Shown here: piece by piece, positions 1 through 10,070 of the stretch
Layout: each line of letters opens with the position of its first letter
How positions within the stretch are numbered: position 1 is the first letter of the stretch
Position numbers and translations under genes: made by a program
Source of the DNA: Promethearchaeota archaeon
Lineage (GTDB): Archaea; Asgardarchaeota; Lokiarchaeia; Sigyniarchaeales; SOKP01
Reading direction: 5' to 3'
Assembly (NCBI GenBank): GCA_016839705.1
Contig: JAEOTR010000062.1
Coordinates: 1 to 64,000 of the forward strand
Length of the DNA stretch: 64,000 nucleotides
The notes under the pieces: model-generated
Seen by the model: only the letters and a program-made list of their open reading frames with translations
The model's database searches: none
Told to the model about the DNA's origin: nothing

Positions 1-123
1 TGGATGGGTGTGTTTCTTGGTGCTGTAATAGCTAAAAAAGTCCCAAAATTATATTTAGCAATAATCTCGACAATTATTTTTATAAGTATAGGATTTATTA
101 CGGTAATAACCTATTTCGTCTAG
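1..123 (+). CDS. Partial (3' end) membrane protein, TMEM165/GDT1 (UPF0016)-like
   Basis: Frame 1 reads WMGVFLGAVIAKKVPKLYLAIISTIIFISIGFITVITYFV*. The TAG at 121-123 overlaps the stop of the convergent gene (CTAG). Confidence 0.55.
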   Translation, partial: WMGVFLGAVIAKKVPKLYLAIISTIIFISIGFITVITYFV

Positions 124-989
124 TAACGAAATCTATTATCATCTTTTTCCAGAAAGCTCTTATTGATTAAAAAATCCATCTCTGAGTTGAGCCAACAGAG
201 TTCATCATAAGTACAGCCTGAACGGAAGATCTCCTCCGCCTTTTTCTTTATATCCTCAATAGAAGGCATTTCGAAACTCATTTTTTGTATTTTTTCTCCT
301 AGAATCCAACAGAGATCTGAGTAAGTATAACCTTTTAAAGAAAGATAGTATGCTGCTTCTCTTACATAGGTATCAAGGTCAACCTCTTCAACTTCTTCTG
401 TAATTTGTTCTTTAATCTCTTCTGTAACTTCTTCTGTTGATATAGTTTTTTCAAATTGAATTTCATCTTGAGGTTTAACTACTGTAGTCTCTTTTTCAAA
501 TTTAATAAATTTAACAGATTGAGTGATTTTATCAGGTTGTTCTCTTGGGACAATTGTTCGGTGTTCTTTTAATTGTGTTAACCATTGAATTATCCTTGTT
601 TCAACTATATCTTCTCGTTTTTCTGGAGTACCATCGAGTTTTACAGACTCTATGCTCTCAGGGGGGACATCAAAAACAAATTCTGGTCTCCTCTCTATAG
701 TTTCACCTGGAATTAATCCCTTTTCCAAATTATGCATCATCGCTAGGAATGAACCATATTCTCTTTTTTGTTTCATAATGAGAATTTTAGTTGATCCACC
801 GCGGTCTTTATCCAATTTTCGTGCAATCTCTGCTGTGATATCCTTTTTATCTTGATTAACGTTGATTCCAACCCAAATATAAATAGTATTTTTTTCTTTA
901 TCATCTACAAGATAGACATCATTTTCTTCGAAATTTAATCTGCGAAGTGGATCTAATTCTCCTCTATTATCAATTTTATATAATCGCAT
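120..989 (-). CDS. Asgard gelsolin-domain protein with C-terminal 'X' domain (1DGelX-like)
   Basis: N-terminal gelsolin-repeat signature (DVYLVDD...IYIWVG...KILIMKQKREYGSF), acidic linker, then two copies of YxxLCWxxxE at the C-terminus. Confidence 0.8.
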   Translation of the reverse strand: MRLYKIDNRGELDPLRRLNFEENDVYLVDDKEKNTIYIWVGINVNQDKKDITAEIARKLDKDRGGSTKILIMKQKREYGSFLAMMHNLEKGLIPGETIERRPEFVFDVPPESIESVKLDGTPEKREDIVETRIIQWLTQLKEHRTIVPREQPDKITQSVKFIKFEKETTVVKPQDEIQFEKTISTEEVTEEIKEQITEEVEEVDLDTYVREAAYYLSLKGYTYSDLCWILGEKIQKMSFEMPSIEDIKKKAEEIFRSGCTYDELCWLNSEMDFLINKSFLEKDDNRFRY

Positions 990-1195
990 TATGCAATCTC
1001 AATAGAAAAATCTAATAATATAAGAATAAATACAATTTAAGTTTAAAAATCTTTTTTTGCACGAAGAAGGTTGATTTTTATAATATCGATTTCCTTAAAT
1101 TTTTTAATCAGAACTTTATTATGATGTTAAGAAAAAGGTTCTATTTTTTTAAATAATAGAGTCAAAAATAATTAATAATTTTGGAGTTAAGAGAA

Positions 1196-1681
1196 ATGAC
1201 AGAAATAAAAGATTCACCTCATGAGGATAAAGACCAAGCTATAGAAAAGTTAAAGAATGAGAATGCGGATTTAAGAAAAAGAATAAATAAATTACAAAAA
1301 GAGAATGCGTCATTAAGAGATGGATTATCGCAAGGTGAAAAGAAATCTATTGATTTTGTCGAAGAAAATAAACCCTTAAAACTATTTAAAAAACAAAAGC
1401 AAAAAGAAGAACTGGAAGGATCAGTTATTCCGAAAGAATTAGATTTAGAGATATCATCTGAGTTTGAAACTCCAAGTGTCCCCCTAAGTACTACCCATAA
1501 GACTATTATTGAAGGGCATTCAAGAAGGATGTGTCCTACCTGTGATAATACCCGACATCAGTTCATATATGAAGAAACTGACAAAACTCATATCTTGATG
1601 GACTATCCGCGAATCTACGGTAAAAAGTATAAATGTGGTGAATGCGGTGCGGAATGGAGAGTTCCTAGTTCTTTAGATTAA
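1196..1681 (+). CDS. Coiled-coil protein with C-terminal zinc ribbon
   Basis: Heptad region (LKNENADLRKRINKLQKENASL) and CPTC...CGEC. GGAG at ~1183 favours the ATG at 1196; the ORF track starts at TTG 1181. Confidence 0.75.
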   Translation: MTEIKDSPHEDKDQAIEKLKNENADLRKRINKLQKENASLRDGLSQGEKKSIDFVEENKPLKLFKKQKQKEELEGSVIPKELDLEISSEFETPSVPLSTTHKTIIEGHSRRMCPTCDNTRHQFIYEETDKTHILMDYPRIYGKKYKCGECGAEWRVPSSLD

Positions 1682-1818
1682 CTTTATAAACCTAATTATT
1701 CATCAGAAGCAAAATTTCCCCAGCTTTTTTAACTATTAAACATGTTCGAATTTATGTTTAAATATAATTCTTCCTTATTTAGGATAGAAATAGTTAAACA
1801 TAATAAATTGAGTTAAAA

Positions 1819-2145
1819 ATGAGCGAACAGAATGAATTAACAAAAGCATTAGATTTAGAACATATGTTAGAGTATCAAGACGGGTCGATTGTGAGTAGAT
1901 CTCTAATTAATAAGGATGAAGGCACAGTCACATTATTTTCTTTTGATCAAGGGGAAGGATTAAGTGAGCATACGGCACCTTTTGATGCTATTGTATATAT
2001 ATTTGATGGGGATGCCGAAATTATGATATCACAACAGAAGCATAACCTAACAAAAGGTCAGATGATTTTAATGCCAGCAAATGAACCTCATGCATTAAAA
2101 GCTCTGAAAAAGTTTAAAATGATGTTAATTATGGTAAAATCTTAA
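1819..2145 (+). CDS. Cupin domain protein
   Basis: GEGLSEHTAPFDA and MPANEPHAL cupin motifs. Confidence 0.9.
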   Translation: MSEQNELTKALDLEHMLEYQDGSIVSRSLINKDEGTVTLFSFDQGEGLSEHTAPFDAIVYIFDGDAEIMISQQKHNLTKGQMILMPANEPHALKALKKFKMMLIMVKS

Positions 2146-2287
2146 ATCTTTATGCTTCAGGGAATAAAAACCATCAAAAAGAATTACATAAATTTTATAT
2201 TTTCTTTTTTCTCAGTAAAACTTGTAAATCAAAAAGATTTGACTGATGGGGAATTAGAAGAAGAACTTGATAAAGCCTAAATAAGCT

Positions 2288-3526
2288 TTAATGTGAAGAG
2301 GGTCCCTGATTTAAAACTCTTTGTTTAGCCACTTTATATAATAAGAATAGACATATAACAAAGAGCACAGATATACCTAATATTATAAGATAAATTCCCG
2401 TAATTCCATACAATTCTGATATAGGTGCCAATGTGGTAGGGACCAATGCAATTCCTATGAAATATCCAGCAGTGAGTAATCCTGCTAATGCACCTCTTCT
2501 TTTTGGTGAGAGAATTTGACTATAGTAAGTTATCGTTGGAAAGAGTATGCCCCCCGCAAGACCTGAGATTATCCAGCCTATTGCTAAAAACACAAATTTT
2601 TCTGCTTGGGTAATATCCCCAATTAATAATAAGGATATTAACCCTACAAATAACAAAATAGACCCGACAATTAAAGGAATCCCAGCACCTTTTTTCTTAA
2701 TTGCGGAGCCAGTTAACGAGCCAACTATTGCTGCCCCAACACCTGCGATTCCTAGTATTAACCCCACTAAACTCTCGTTCCCAAAAAGGGATCTCGAAGT
2801 CCATATATTTATAGCTAAATATGTATGTGAAATTAAAAAGGCGGAGAATAACATCAAAATAACTACCGATCGCCGTAATTCTACAGAGAGTTGTGATATT
2901 AAGACACGAATCCCTGTTTCTTCAGAAATTTTTTGGTGAGGTCGTTTAGAGAAAATTAAATATAATAATCCAAAGATGGTAATTCCTATAAATAAAATGT
3001 AAATTGAACGCCATCCAATTAAAATCATCTGCGATGCTATTAGTGGTCCTAATCCAACCCCAAGATTTGCACTAGCCCCAAGAAATCCCATCTTTTTAGG
3101 AATATTGGGAGGTGGGGTTATGTCTGTTAATAACGCGATTAATACAGGATTAATAAGACCAAAGCCAATTCCCCCGAGTATGTTTGCAATTGCATACATT
3201 TCTAAGGAAAAAGATAATGCTGCTAAAAGCATTGCGATACCAAAGATTATTAAACCCGTGAATAATACTGGAAATCTTCCCTTTAAATCTGAAATTGCAC
3301 CTGAAAAAAGTTGGGTAATCGCAAATGGAAACATAAACGCGGGAATTGCAATAAGTATCGTATTTGGGGATACACTAAATTCAACGGAAAGCACATGAAA
3401 CAAAACCATAATAATATTTCCCGTTAAAGGTCCAAATAAGAAAATAATATATATTATGAGTTCTAAAAATTTTGAGGAATTGCCATGTTCAGCAGTATTT
3501 TCCATATTGTTCGAAAACGAAGACAT
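2288..3526 (-). CDS. MFS transporter
   Basis: About 12 hydrophobic helices; motif A GAISDLKGRF. Confidence 0.9.
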   Translation of the reverse strand: MSSFSNNMENTAEHGNSSKFLELIIYIIFLFGPLTGNIIMVLFHVLSVEFSVSPNTILIAIPAFMFPFAITQLFSGAISDLKGRFPVLFTGLIIFGIAMLLAALSFSLEMYAIANILGGIGFGLINPVLIALLTDITPPPNIPKKMGFLGASANLGVGLGPLIASQMILIGWRSIYILFIGITIFGLLYLIFSKRPHQKISEETGIRVLISQLSVELRRSVVILMLFSAFLISHTYLAINIWTSRSLFGNESLVGLILGIAGVGAAIVGSLTGSAIKKKGAGIPLIVGSILLFVGLISLLLIGDITQAEKFVFLAIGWIISGLAGGILFPTITYYSQILSPKRRGALAGLLTAGYFIGIALVPTTLAPISELYGITGIYLIILGISVLFVICLFLLYKVAKQRVLNQGPSSH

Positions 3527-3609
3527 GTTTTTACTATTATTTTTTATTATTTAAAGTATATTCTTATAATTTTGTAAGGAGAAAATAGGACAAAGAAGCC
3601 AATTTTATA

Positions 3610-5097
3610 CTATTTGATTTCAACGGGCACTTCTCTTGTTGGTAAAATAATTTTCATCTTCTCTTCTCTGAAGATTTTTTGAAATACTTCAGGGTAATTA
3701 GTGTGTATTGGAAATAGTATATCAGGATTTATTTCATTAATAAATCTAATTAGATCGTGAGGTTTTGCATGCCCTGAAGCATGTATTCGGTATGAGGGAA
3801 TCCCTTTACTTAATAATTCATTTGAAATCTTATTTTTATAAAATCTATAATCTTCTGCGTAGGGATCAATATTGGAACAAATGAATGCTCCTCTCAAATT
3901 ATATGGTAAATGCGTTTTTATCTTATTATAATCCCAATCAGAACCAAAATATAAGAGAAATTGTCCCCCTAACTTTTTCAACTCTCCCAAATTTATCAAT
4001 CGTTTTGTACTATCAATACGCTCTAGGAACTCATTTAATTCCCTTTTCCAAGGTAAGTGTTTGTCATTATGGGACAGAATTAAGATATCTTCATTTTCCT
4101 CTATATTTGGATCTTTCATAGTATCATACACAGCTTTCTTATTAAGACGATTATAAAAGTATGCATCTTTTTCCGAAATTATAAATTTCCAGTTAAACTT
4201 TTTTGCTATATTTACATATGTTCTAAATCTATCCCAATCTACTCTATCATAATGAACCAGCACGTAATCAAACAACATGTAACTAAATAATTTCCTTAAA
4301 TGCTTTTTTACCATTCCCTCAGATTCAATTGCTCCTTTATTAATATGAGTTCCTTCACAAATTAAAGCTCTTACGTTGTTCCTTTTACCTTCTGTTGCCC
4401 CTTTTTTTTGACATAATTCCTTCGTTTTTCTAATTAAATCAGCAGTCATTAATTGAAGAGGTCCGTGCATACGAAAATCTCCAGAATATACTATTATACC
4501 CGCTGATGTACAGATGATAAAACCATAAGCAGCAGGAATAGAATGATCAACATGAACAGGGTATATTTCTAAACCCTTGATATTGATAATGTTTCCCGTT
4601 CTAAATCTTACCCAATTTAGACCGTATAAAAAATTCTCGAATCTGGGTGGTGTACATAATGATGCTGCTTTTATAATTCTCTTAGAAACTACACCCGCAT
4701 AAATAGGAATATTTCGATTCAAAAACGAAAGCCCCTGATAATGATCGCGGTGAGGATGTGAAATAAGAATCCCATCAAGATTAGAGGGAGGATCTACTTT
4801 ATCTTCAATTTCTCTCACCTTCTGACGATATTTGACCTTTTTATGATCATATATGAAATACTGTGAATACAGATTCCGAATTGGGAGGTCTTCGTCTCTA
4901 GGTAGTACGTGATTTTCAGTTAATTTTCTTATCTCTGTCAAGTCCGGATATTTGGCTCGCGTTTGTTTTAGTTCTGCAGAATTTATCCCAAAATCAATAA
5001 ACAGCTTTACACCATATCCATCATCTTCTAATAATACTTTGTTCCCTCCTACTTTATTTACTCCCCCAAAAAAAGTTAATTTAACTGAAGATTCCAC
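3610..5097 (-). CDS. MBL-fold/beta-CASP ribonuclease (RNase J-like)
   Basis: GGVNKVGGNK, HPHRDH, VDHS, YSGDFR, HASGHA and PIHT motifs. Confidence 0.85.
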   Translation of the reverse strand: MESSVKLTFFGGVNKVGGNKVLLEDDGYGVKLFIDFGINSAELKQTRAKYPDLTEIRKLTENHVLPRDEDLPIRNLYSQYFIYDHKKVKYRQKVREIEDKVDPPSNLDGILISHPHRDHYQGLSFLNRNIPIYAGVVSKRIIKAASLCTPPRFENFLYGLNWVRFRTGNIINIKGLEIYPVHVDHSIPAAYGFIICTSAGIIVYSGDFRMHGPLQLMTADLIRKTKELCQKKGATEGKRNNVRALICEGTHINKGAIESEGMVKKHLRKLFSYMLFDYVLVHYDRVDWDRFRTYVNIAKKFNWKFIISEKDAYFYNRLNKKAVYDTMKDPNIEENEDILILSHNDKHLPWKRELNEFLERIDSTKRLINLGELKKLGGQFLLYFGSDWDYNKIKTHLPYNLRGAFICSNIDPYAEDYRFYKNKISNELLSKGIPSYRIHASGHAKPHDLIRFINEINPDILFPIHTNYPEVFQKIFREEKMKIILPTREVPVEIK

Positions 5098-5335
5098 TTA
5101 TTTTCATCTCTTTTGGCAAATCTGACTATCAAAATTGAGGTTGAAAAAATAATATTTCAAAATCAATCAGTACAATACAAGAACCTTACTTTAATATAAA
5201 AATTTTAGTTATTAGCATTATATAGTTATTAATTAGATTAATAAACCCATCACAGTCAAATTAAAGATAAGGGATTTCCTTATATTATGATAAGATAAAA
5301 ATATTTACTAAAACTAAAAGTAAATTTACAGCAAA

Positions 5336-6853
5336 ATGACATCCATAACGGTATATGATGGAACTAATACTATAGGGGGAAATAAAATATATTTGGAAGA
5401 AAACGGAAAAGGTCTTTTCCTTGATTTTGGTATGAATTTCAAAAAATATGGAGATTTTTTCCAAGAATTTATTTCCCCGAGAAAACCACGAGGGATTCAC
5501 GATCTAATTCAACTAAATCTAATTCCTAAACTTAATGTATATCGAAAAGATTTAATCCCCATAGATATCGATTATTCTTCATTTCCTTCTATGAATGTGA
5601 ATGCTGTACTTCTCAGCCACGCACATATGGATCATTGTGGAAATATTGGATTACTTAAACCCGATTACCCCATTATTGCCTCTCCTTCCACAATCATGCT
5701 ACTCAAAGCAATGCTTGATGGCTCTTCTGCAATGCTAGGCTCTGACGTAGCTTATTATTCACTAAAGGTACCAGATAAAGATAAACGAATTCTAAAGCCA
5801 GAAAAATATAAGGATTATGGTCGAGATTTTATTTGTACGGAATCTTATTCTGAATCATTCCAGGAGTTCCTTCACTTAAGTACTAAAAGCAGAACCAAAT
5901 TGACTGAAGGAAATCTAACATCTCTCAATAATTTTTCCTCTAATTTTGATATAAAAGCTTTTGAGGTTGATCATTCCATTTATGGTGCCACAGCCTACAT
6001 AGTTAGTGGTGATAATACTATCGCATATACCGGGGATTTTCGACTGCATGGTAAAAAGGGAAAAAGTAGTGAAGAATTTATCCAAAAAGCTAAATCGGCA
6101 TCTATTCTAATAATTGAAGGAACTAGAGCTGCTAGAGAAGATGTATATGAATCTGAACAGATAGTGTATGAAAAATGCTTAAGCACTGCTGAAGAAGCAA
6201 AAGGACTTATCATAGCAGATTTTACAGCCAGAAATTTTGAAAGGCTCGAAATGTTTGATTCTATTGCAACAAAACTTAAGAGAACTCTTATTATCACACC
6301 AAAAGATGCATATTTACTTGAAGCACTTGAAAAAGCTGACGAAATTGATAGGATAAAAAATATTGGAGTATATGGTGATTTAAAATCAACTAAAAGAGGG
6401 TGGGAAAAATTCCTGAATGAAGAAAGAGAAATAAATTATATAGATCCTGCAGAGATTTCAAAAGATCCCGATAATTTCATGATTTGCTTTTCTCTTTTTG
6501 ATATCAAGAACTTATTAGATATTAAGCCGGATAAAGGATCCTATATATATTCTTCGAGCGAGGCTTTTACTGAAGAATCTGAATTCGATTTTGTCCGATT
6601 GAACAACTGGCTAAAATTTTTCGGATTTAACATTTATGGATTTGAAGTCATCGAAGAAGGAGGGAAAGAAAAGCCAAAGTTCATAAAAGGATTTCATGCC
6701 TCAGGGCATGCGTCGAGAAAAGATTTATTATGGGCAATCGACACAATAAATCCTGACATTGTAATACCCGTTCATACTGATAATCCAAATTGGTTCAAGG
6801 ATAATCTAGATAATGCAATTTTACTGAAAGATGGTGATAATTACAAAATATAA
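5336..6853 (+). CDS. MBL-fold/beta-CASP ribonuclease (RNase J-like)
   Basis: IGGNK, HAHMDH, VDHS, YTGDFRLHG, HASGHA and PVHT motifs. Confidence 0.87.
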   Translation: MTSITVYDGTNTIGGNKIYLEENGKGLFLDFGMNFKKYGDFFQEFISPRKPRGIHDLIQLNLIPKLNVYRKDLIPIDIDYSSFPSMNVNAVLLSHAHMDHCGNIGLLKPDYPIIASPSTIMLLKAMLDGSSAMLGSDVAYYSLKVPDKDKRILKPEKYKDYGRDFICTESYSESFQEFLHLSTKSRTKLTEGNLTSLNNFSSNFDIKAFEVDHSIYGATAYIVSGDNTIAYTGDFRLHGKKGKSSEEFIQKAKSASILIIEGTRAAREDVYESEQIVYEKCLSTAEEAKGLIIADFTARNFERLEMFDSIATKLKRTLIITPKDAYLLEALEKADEIDRIKNIGVYGDLKSTKRGWEKFLNEEREINYIDPAEISKDPDNFMICFSLFDIKNLLDIKPDKGSYIYSSSEAFTEESEFDFVRLNNWLKFFGFNIYGFEVIEEGGKEKPKFIKGFHASGHASRKDLLWAIDTINPDIVIPVHTDNPNWFKDNLDNAILLKDGDNYKI

Positions 6854-6974
6854 TTCTATTTTTTTTTAAACGAGAAATCAACACCCAAATTTCTCCAATC
6901 TTTAATTGTGAAAAAATATTAAATTTAAGTAATCTAATTATTAAAAATATAGATAGTGAGTATTGCGATTTAAA

Positions 6975-7559
6975 ATGTCTAAAAATAAAATTCGTCCAGG
7001 AGTTTATCTATATCCGATGCCTGTTTCACTTATCGGAGCAAATGTAAATGGAAAACCAAATTTTAATACTTTAGCTTGGATTAATGCTGTAGACTATAAA
7101 CCCCCCTTATTTGCTATTTCTTCATATGAAACTCACCATACTAACATTGGAATTAAAGAAAATGGCACTTTCAGTATAAATATTCCATCAGAAGGGATGG
7201 TGGAAGTTGCTGACTATGTTGGTTTAGTATCCGGGAAAGAAATAGATAAATCAGAAGTTTTTGAAGTATTTTATGGAGATTTGAAAACAGCTCCCATGAT
7301 AACACATGCTCCAATAAATATGGAATGTAAACTTCTGAAAACTATAGCTACCAAAGAATTAACCGGTACAGAAAAAGGTCAGGAAATTTTTATCGGTGAA
7401 GTTATCAACGCTTACGCTGATGATTACTATATTAAAAATGAAATACCAGATATTTCGAGCGTAAAACCATTCGTATTTTCTATTGATAATAACTATTGGA
7501 AAATTGGGGAACATTTAGGAAGGGCTTTTAGCATAGGAGAAAATTATAAGAACGATTAA
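6975..7559 (+). CDS. Flavin reductase-like (flavoredoxin) protein
   Basis: YPMPVSLIG, PPLFAIS, FSINIPS and IFIGEV motifs. The ATG at 6975 is preferred to TTG 6963. Confidence 0.88.
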   Translation: MSKNKIRPGVYLYPMPVSLIGANVNGKPNFNTLAWINAVDYKPPLFAISSYETHHTNIGIKENGTFSINIPSEGMVEVADYVGLVSGKEIDKSEVFEVFYGDLKTAPMITHAPINMECKLLKTIATKELTGTEKGQEIFIGEVINAYADDYYIKNEIPDISSVKPFVFSIDNNYWKIGEHLGRAFSIGENYKND

Positions 7560-7650
7560 ATCGTAAATTTTTTTTATTTTTCTTAATTTCTAATACCAAC
7601 ATAAATTCTAAAATTTAAAGATTATAAAAGAAAAAACTAAATGATTTATT

Positions 7651-8130
7651 ATGGCAAACTTAGTAGTATTCTATTCAAGAAAAGGTACAACTAGAAATAT
7701 TGCAGAAATGATTATCAATAAGGAGAATTGGGACTTTGAAGAGATTATTGATACTAAAAAGCGAAGCGGATTTATTGGATTTCTAAAATCTGGAAAAGAT
7801 GCAACTCTTAAGAAGTTGGCAAAGATTAAGGAAATTCAAAAGGATCCAGAATTATATGACTTAATAATAATGGGTACTCCTATATGGAATAAAAGAATGA
7901 CACCCGCTATAAGAACCTATATCACTGAAAAAAAATCTAAAATCAAGCAAGTGGCTTTTTTTTGTACTGAAGGTGGAAGCGGGGGTTTAAGGTCATTTGA
8001 AAGTATGGCACAATTATGTGAAAAAACACCTATATCAACTCTGGAAATTACTAAAAAAGATATTAAAAATGGCGATCACACCGATAAAGTTACAAAATTT
8101 ATCCAGGAAATCAAAATGGAAAAAAAATAA
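7651..8130 (+). CDS. Flavodoxin family protein
   Basis: VFYSRKGTT, MGTPIW and AFFCTEGGSG motifs. Confidence 0.88.
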   Translation: MANLVVFYSRKGTTRNIAEMIINKENWDFEEIIDTKKRSGFIGFLKSGKDATLKKLAKIKEIQKDPELYDLIIMGTPIWNKRMTPAIRTYITEKKSKIKQVAFFCTEGGSGGLRSFESMAQLCEKTPISTLEITKKDIKNGDHTDKVTKFIQEIKMEKK

Positions 8131-8508
8131 TTTGAAATTAGGATATCAAATAAAAGGTTAAATCCCCTATAAATTTGAAGTTTCTTTTTTGCATATTCTT
8201 TTAAACTAGTAGATGGATTTACGTATTAATAATTTACACATATATCCACCTGGATAACAACTTATAGGAAATAAAACATTTACCCAAATGCTAATGTGAA
8301 ATATTTAATCAATTTTTTATTTTCTTATTCTACCTTCTCAGAATTCATCTTATTTTAAAAAAAAAATAAAAAAAAATGGAAAATGTAAGATGTAAAATAA
8401 TCGAAAGAAGAAGCTTAAATAACCCTTATCATATATTTCTTATCTTGCAAAATTCCTTATTCTTAGTACTTTACTTTGCCTAACCTTTTTAATTAATAAA
8501 TAAATTTA

Positions 8509-8763
8509 TTAATAAAATGATTTCCGTCCACGTGAACTCATACGAGGTCCTTTTTGAGTTATCGTGACGTCACTGGCTTGTGGGCCCTTTTTTCCTTGGG
8601 TAATCTCGTATTCTACAATGTCTCCTTCATAAATAATCTTAAATTCGTCAGACTCGCCTTGAATAGCACTAAAATGTACGAAAACATCTGGAGATCCATC
8701 ATCTGGTGTAATAAACCCAAAGCCTTTCTTGCTATTAAACCATTTTACAGTTCCTTTTACCAT
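8509..8763 (-). CDS. cspA: Cold-shock domain protein
   Basis: [16 protein letters not shown] (RNP1), DVFVHFSAI (RNP2), KKGPQA and a short basic tail. Confidence 0.93.
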   Translation of the reverse strand: MVKGTVKWFNSKKGFGFITPDDGSPDVFVHFSAIQGESDEFKIIYEGDIVEYEITQGKKGPQASDVTITQKGPRMSSRGRKSFY

Positions 8764-8958
8764 TGATACAACCTTGGCACGTTCTTAAAACTTGCTATAT
8801 TAAATAATTGGCGTTCATAAAAATATCCACCAATCATGATTCTTAAGAATTCCACTGTAATATAGTTTTCTATAATTATTGAAGTAAAAAGTTAATGAGA
8901 TATTTTAAAAAACGATAAAGTCAATACTTTTCACATCCTAAATGGTAACCACAACGTG

Positions 8959-9339
8959 TTAGGGAGAATATTCCATAAACCATTCGAAAACAGGTGGAAG
9001 ATTCTCAATAATACGATATTTAATCTCTTTGTGTAATATTACTATGAAAATTTCTTCGAGTGTTTTTAGATTTTGGTAAAGCTCTTCTGTATGTATTTCC
9101 TTTAGTGTATTTTTTTCTTCTGTATCTATCTGAAAGATCGAATAATCATTCATATCCGCATCATCTTTACCCCAATGATATTCTAACTCTTCTTTCAATT
9201 GTGAAGTAAATTCTCTTAAAGTTTCTTCAAGCATAATCCAACCCTCTAACGAGCTTGTTTCATCTTTAAATAACACAATAAAATTTGCAGTAATACCCGG
9301 GGGCTCAAAAATATTCTCTTTTTCTTCGAAATCAGGCAT
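8959..9339 (-). CDS. Hypothetical acidic protein
   Basis: 126-aa ORF with an ATG start and no recognised motif. Confidence 0.6.
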   Translation of the reverse strand: MPDFEEKENIFEPPGITANFIVLFKDETSSLEGWIMLEETLREFTSQLKEELEYHWGKDDADMNDYSIFQIDTEEKNTLKEIHTEELYQNLKTLEEIFIVILHKEIKYRIIENLPPVFEWFMEYSP

Positions 9340-9528
9340 TTGAAAAACGATTTGTGTAACTTTTTGTTAAAATAATAATTAAAAGAGTAAGTAAGACTTA
9401 TAGCATCTTACTTATAAGGATTTTCAATATCTTATTAAAACATTATCTTGATATCGGTTGTTGAATTTAAATAACTTACAACATTATTTCAAATTTGATT
9501 TTAGTGTTAAATCTCGAACATCAAGAAA

Positions 9529-10059
9529 ATGAGCTTGAATAAATCTTATTTTAAAGTATGTATAGTTGGTGATTACGGAGTAGGGAAAAGTACCCTTCTT
9601 CATCAATTTCTCGAAAAGAGATTTCTGTCTAATGTACAGTCTACAATTGGCTCAAATTTTTTTATAAAAAATGTGAAAATACCTGGAACCAATAGGTTTA
9701 TTACCTTACAGATTTGGGATTTAGCAGGTCAAGATCATTTTAAATGGGTTAGAAAGGCATTTTATATTGGTGCAAAGGGTGTTGCATATGTTTTTGATTT
9801 AACTAGAAAAGAAACGTTCGATCATATTATAAAATGGAAGGAAGAAGTAGAAAATGTTTCAGGTTTTATTCCCAATGTTTTAGTGGGAAATAAAAGTGAT
9901 TTATTTGAAGAAAAAATTATTTCTATTGATGAATCGAATTCTCTTAAACGGAATATTGGCGCATGCTCATTTGATGAGACCAGTGCGAAATTAGGTACTG
10001 GTGTTGATAATATATTCACCCAGTTATCTTTAGAAATGATAAAAAAATATTTAACATAG
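9529..10059 (+). CDS. Rab-like small GTPase
   Basis: G1 GDYGVGKS, G2 STIG, G3 WDLAGQ, G4 NKSD, G5 TSAK. No C-terminal prenylation Cys. Confidence 0.93.
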   Translation: MSLNKSYFKVCIVGDYGVGKSTLLHQFLEKRFLSNVQSTIGSNFFIKNVKIPGTNRFITLQIWDLAGQDHFKWVRKAFYIGAKGVAYVFDLTRKETFDHIIKWKEEVENVSGFIPNVLVGNKSDLFEEKIISIDESNSLKRNIGACSFDETSAKLGTGVDNIFTQLSLEMIKKYLT

Positions 10060-10070
10060 GTATCTATGAA

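Noticed and set aside
2152-2280. 42-aa ORF ending KDLTDGELEEELDKA
   Set aside because: It has no SD or motif and spans the T-rich terminator of the cupin gene. It may be a remnant but cannot be supported.
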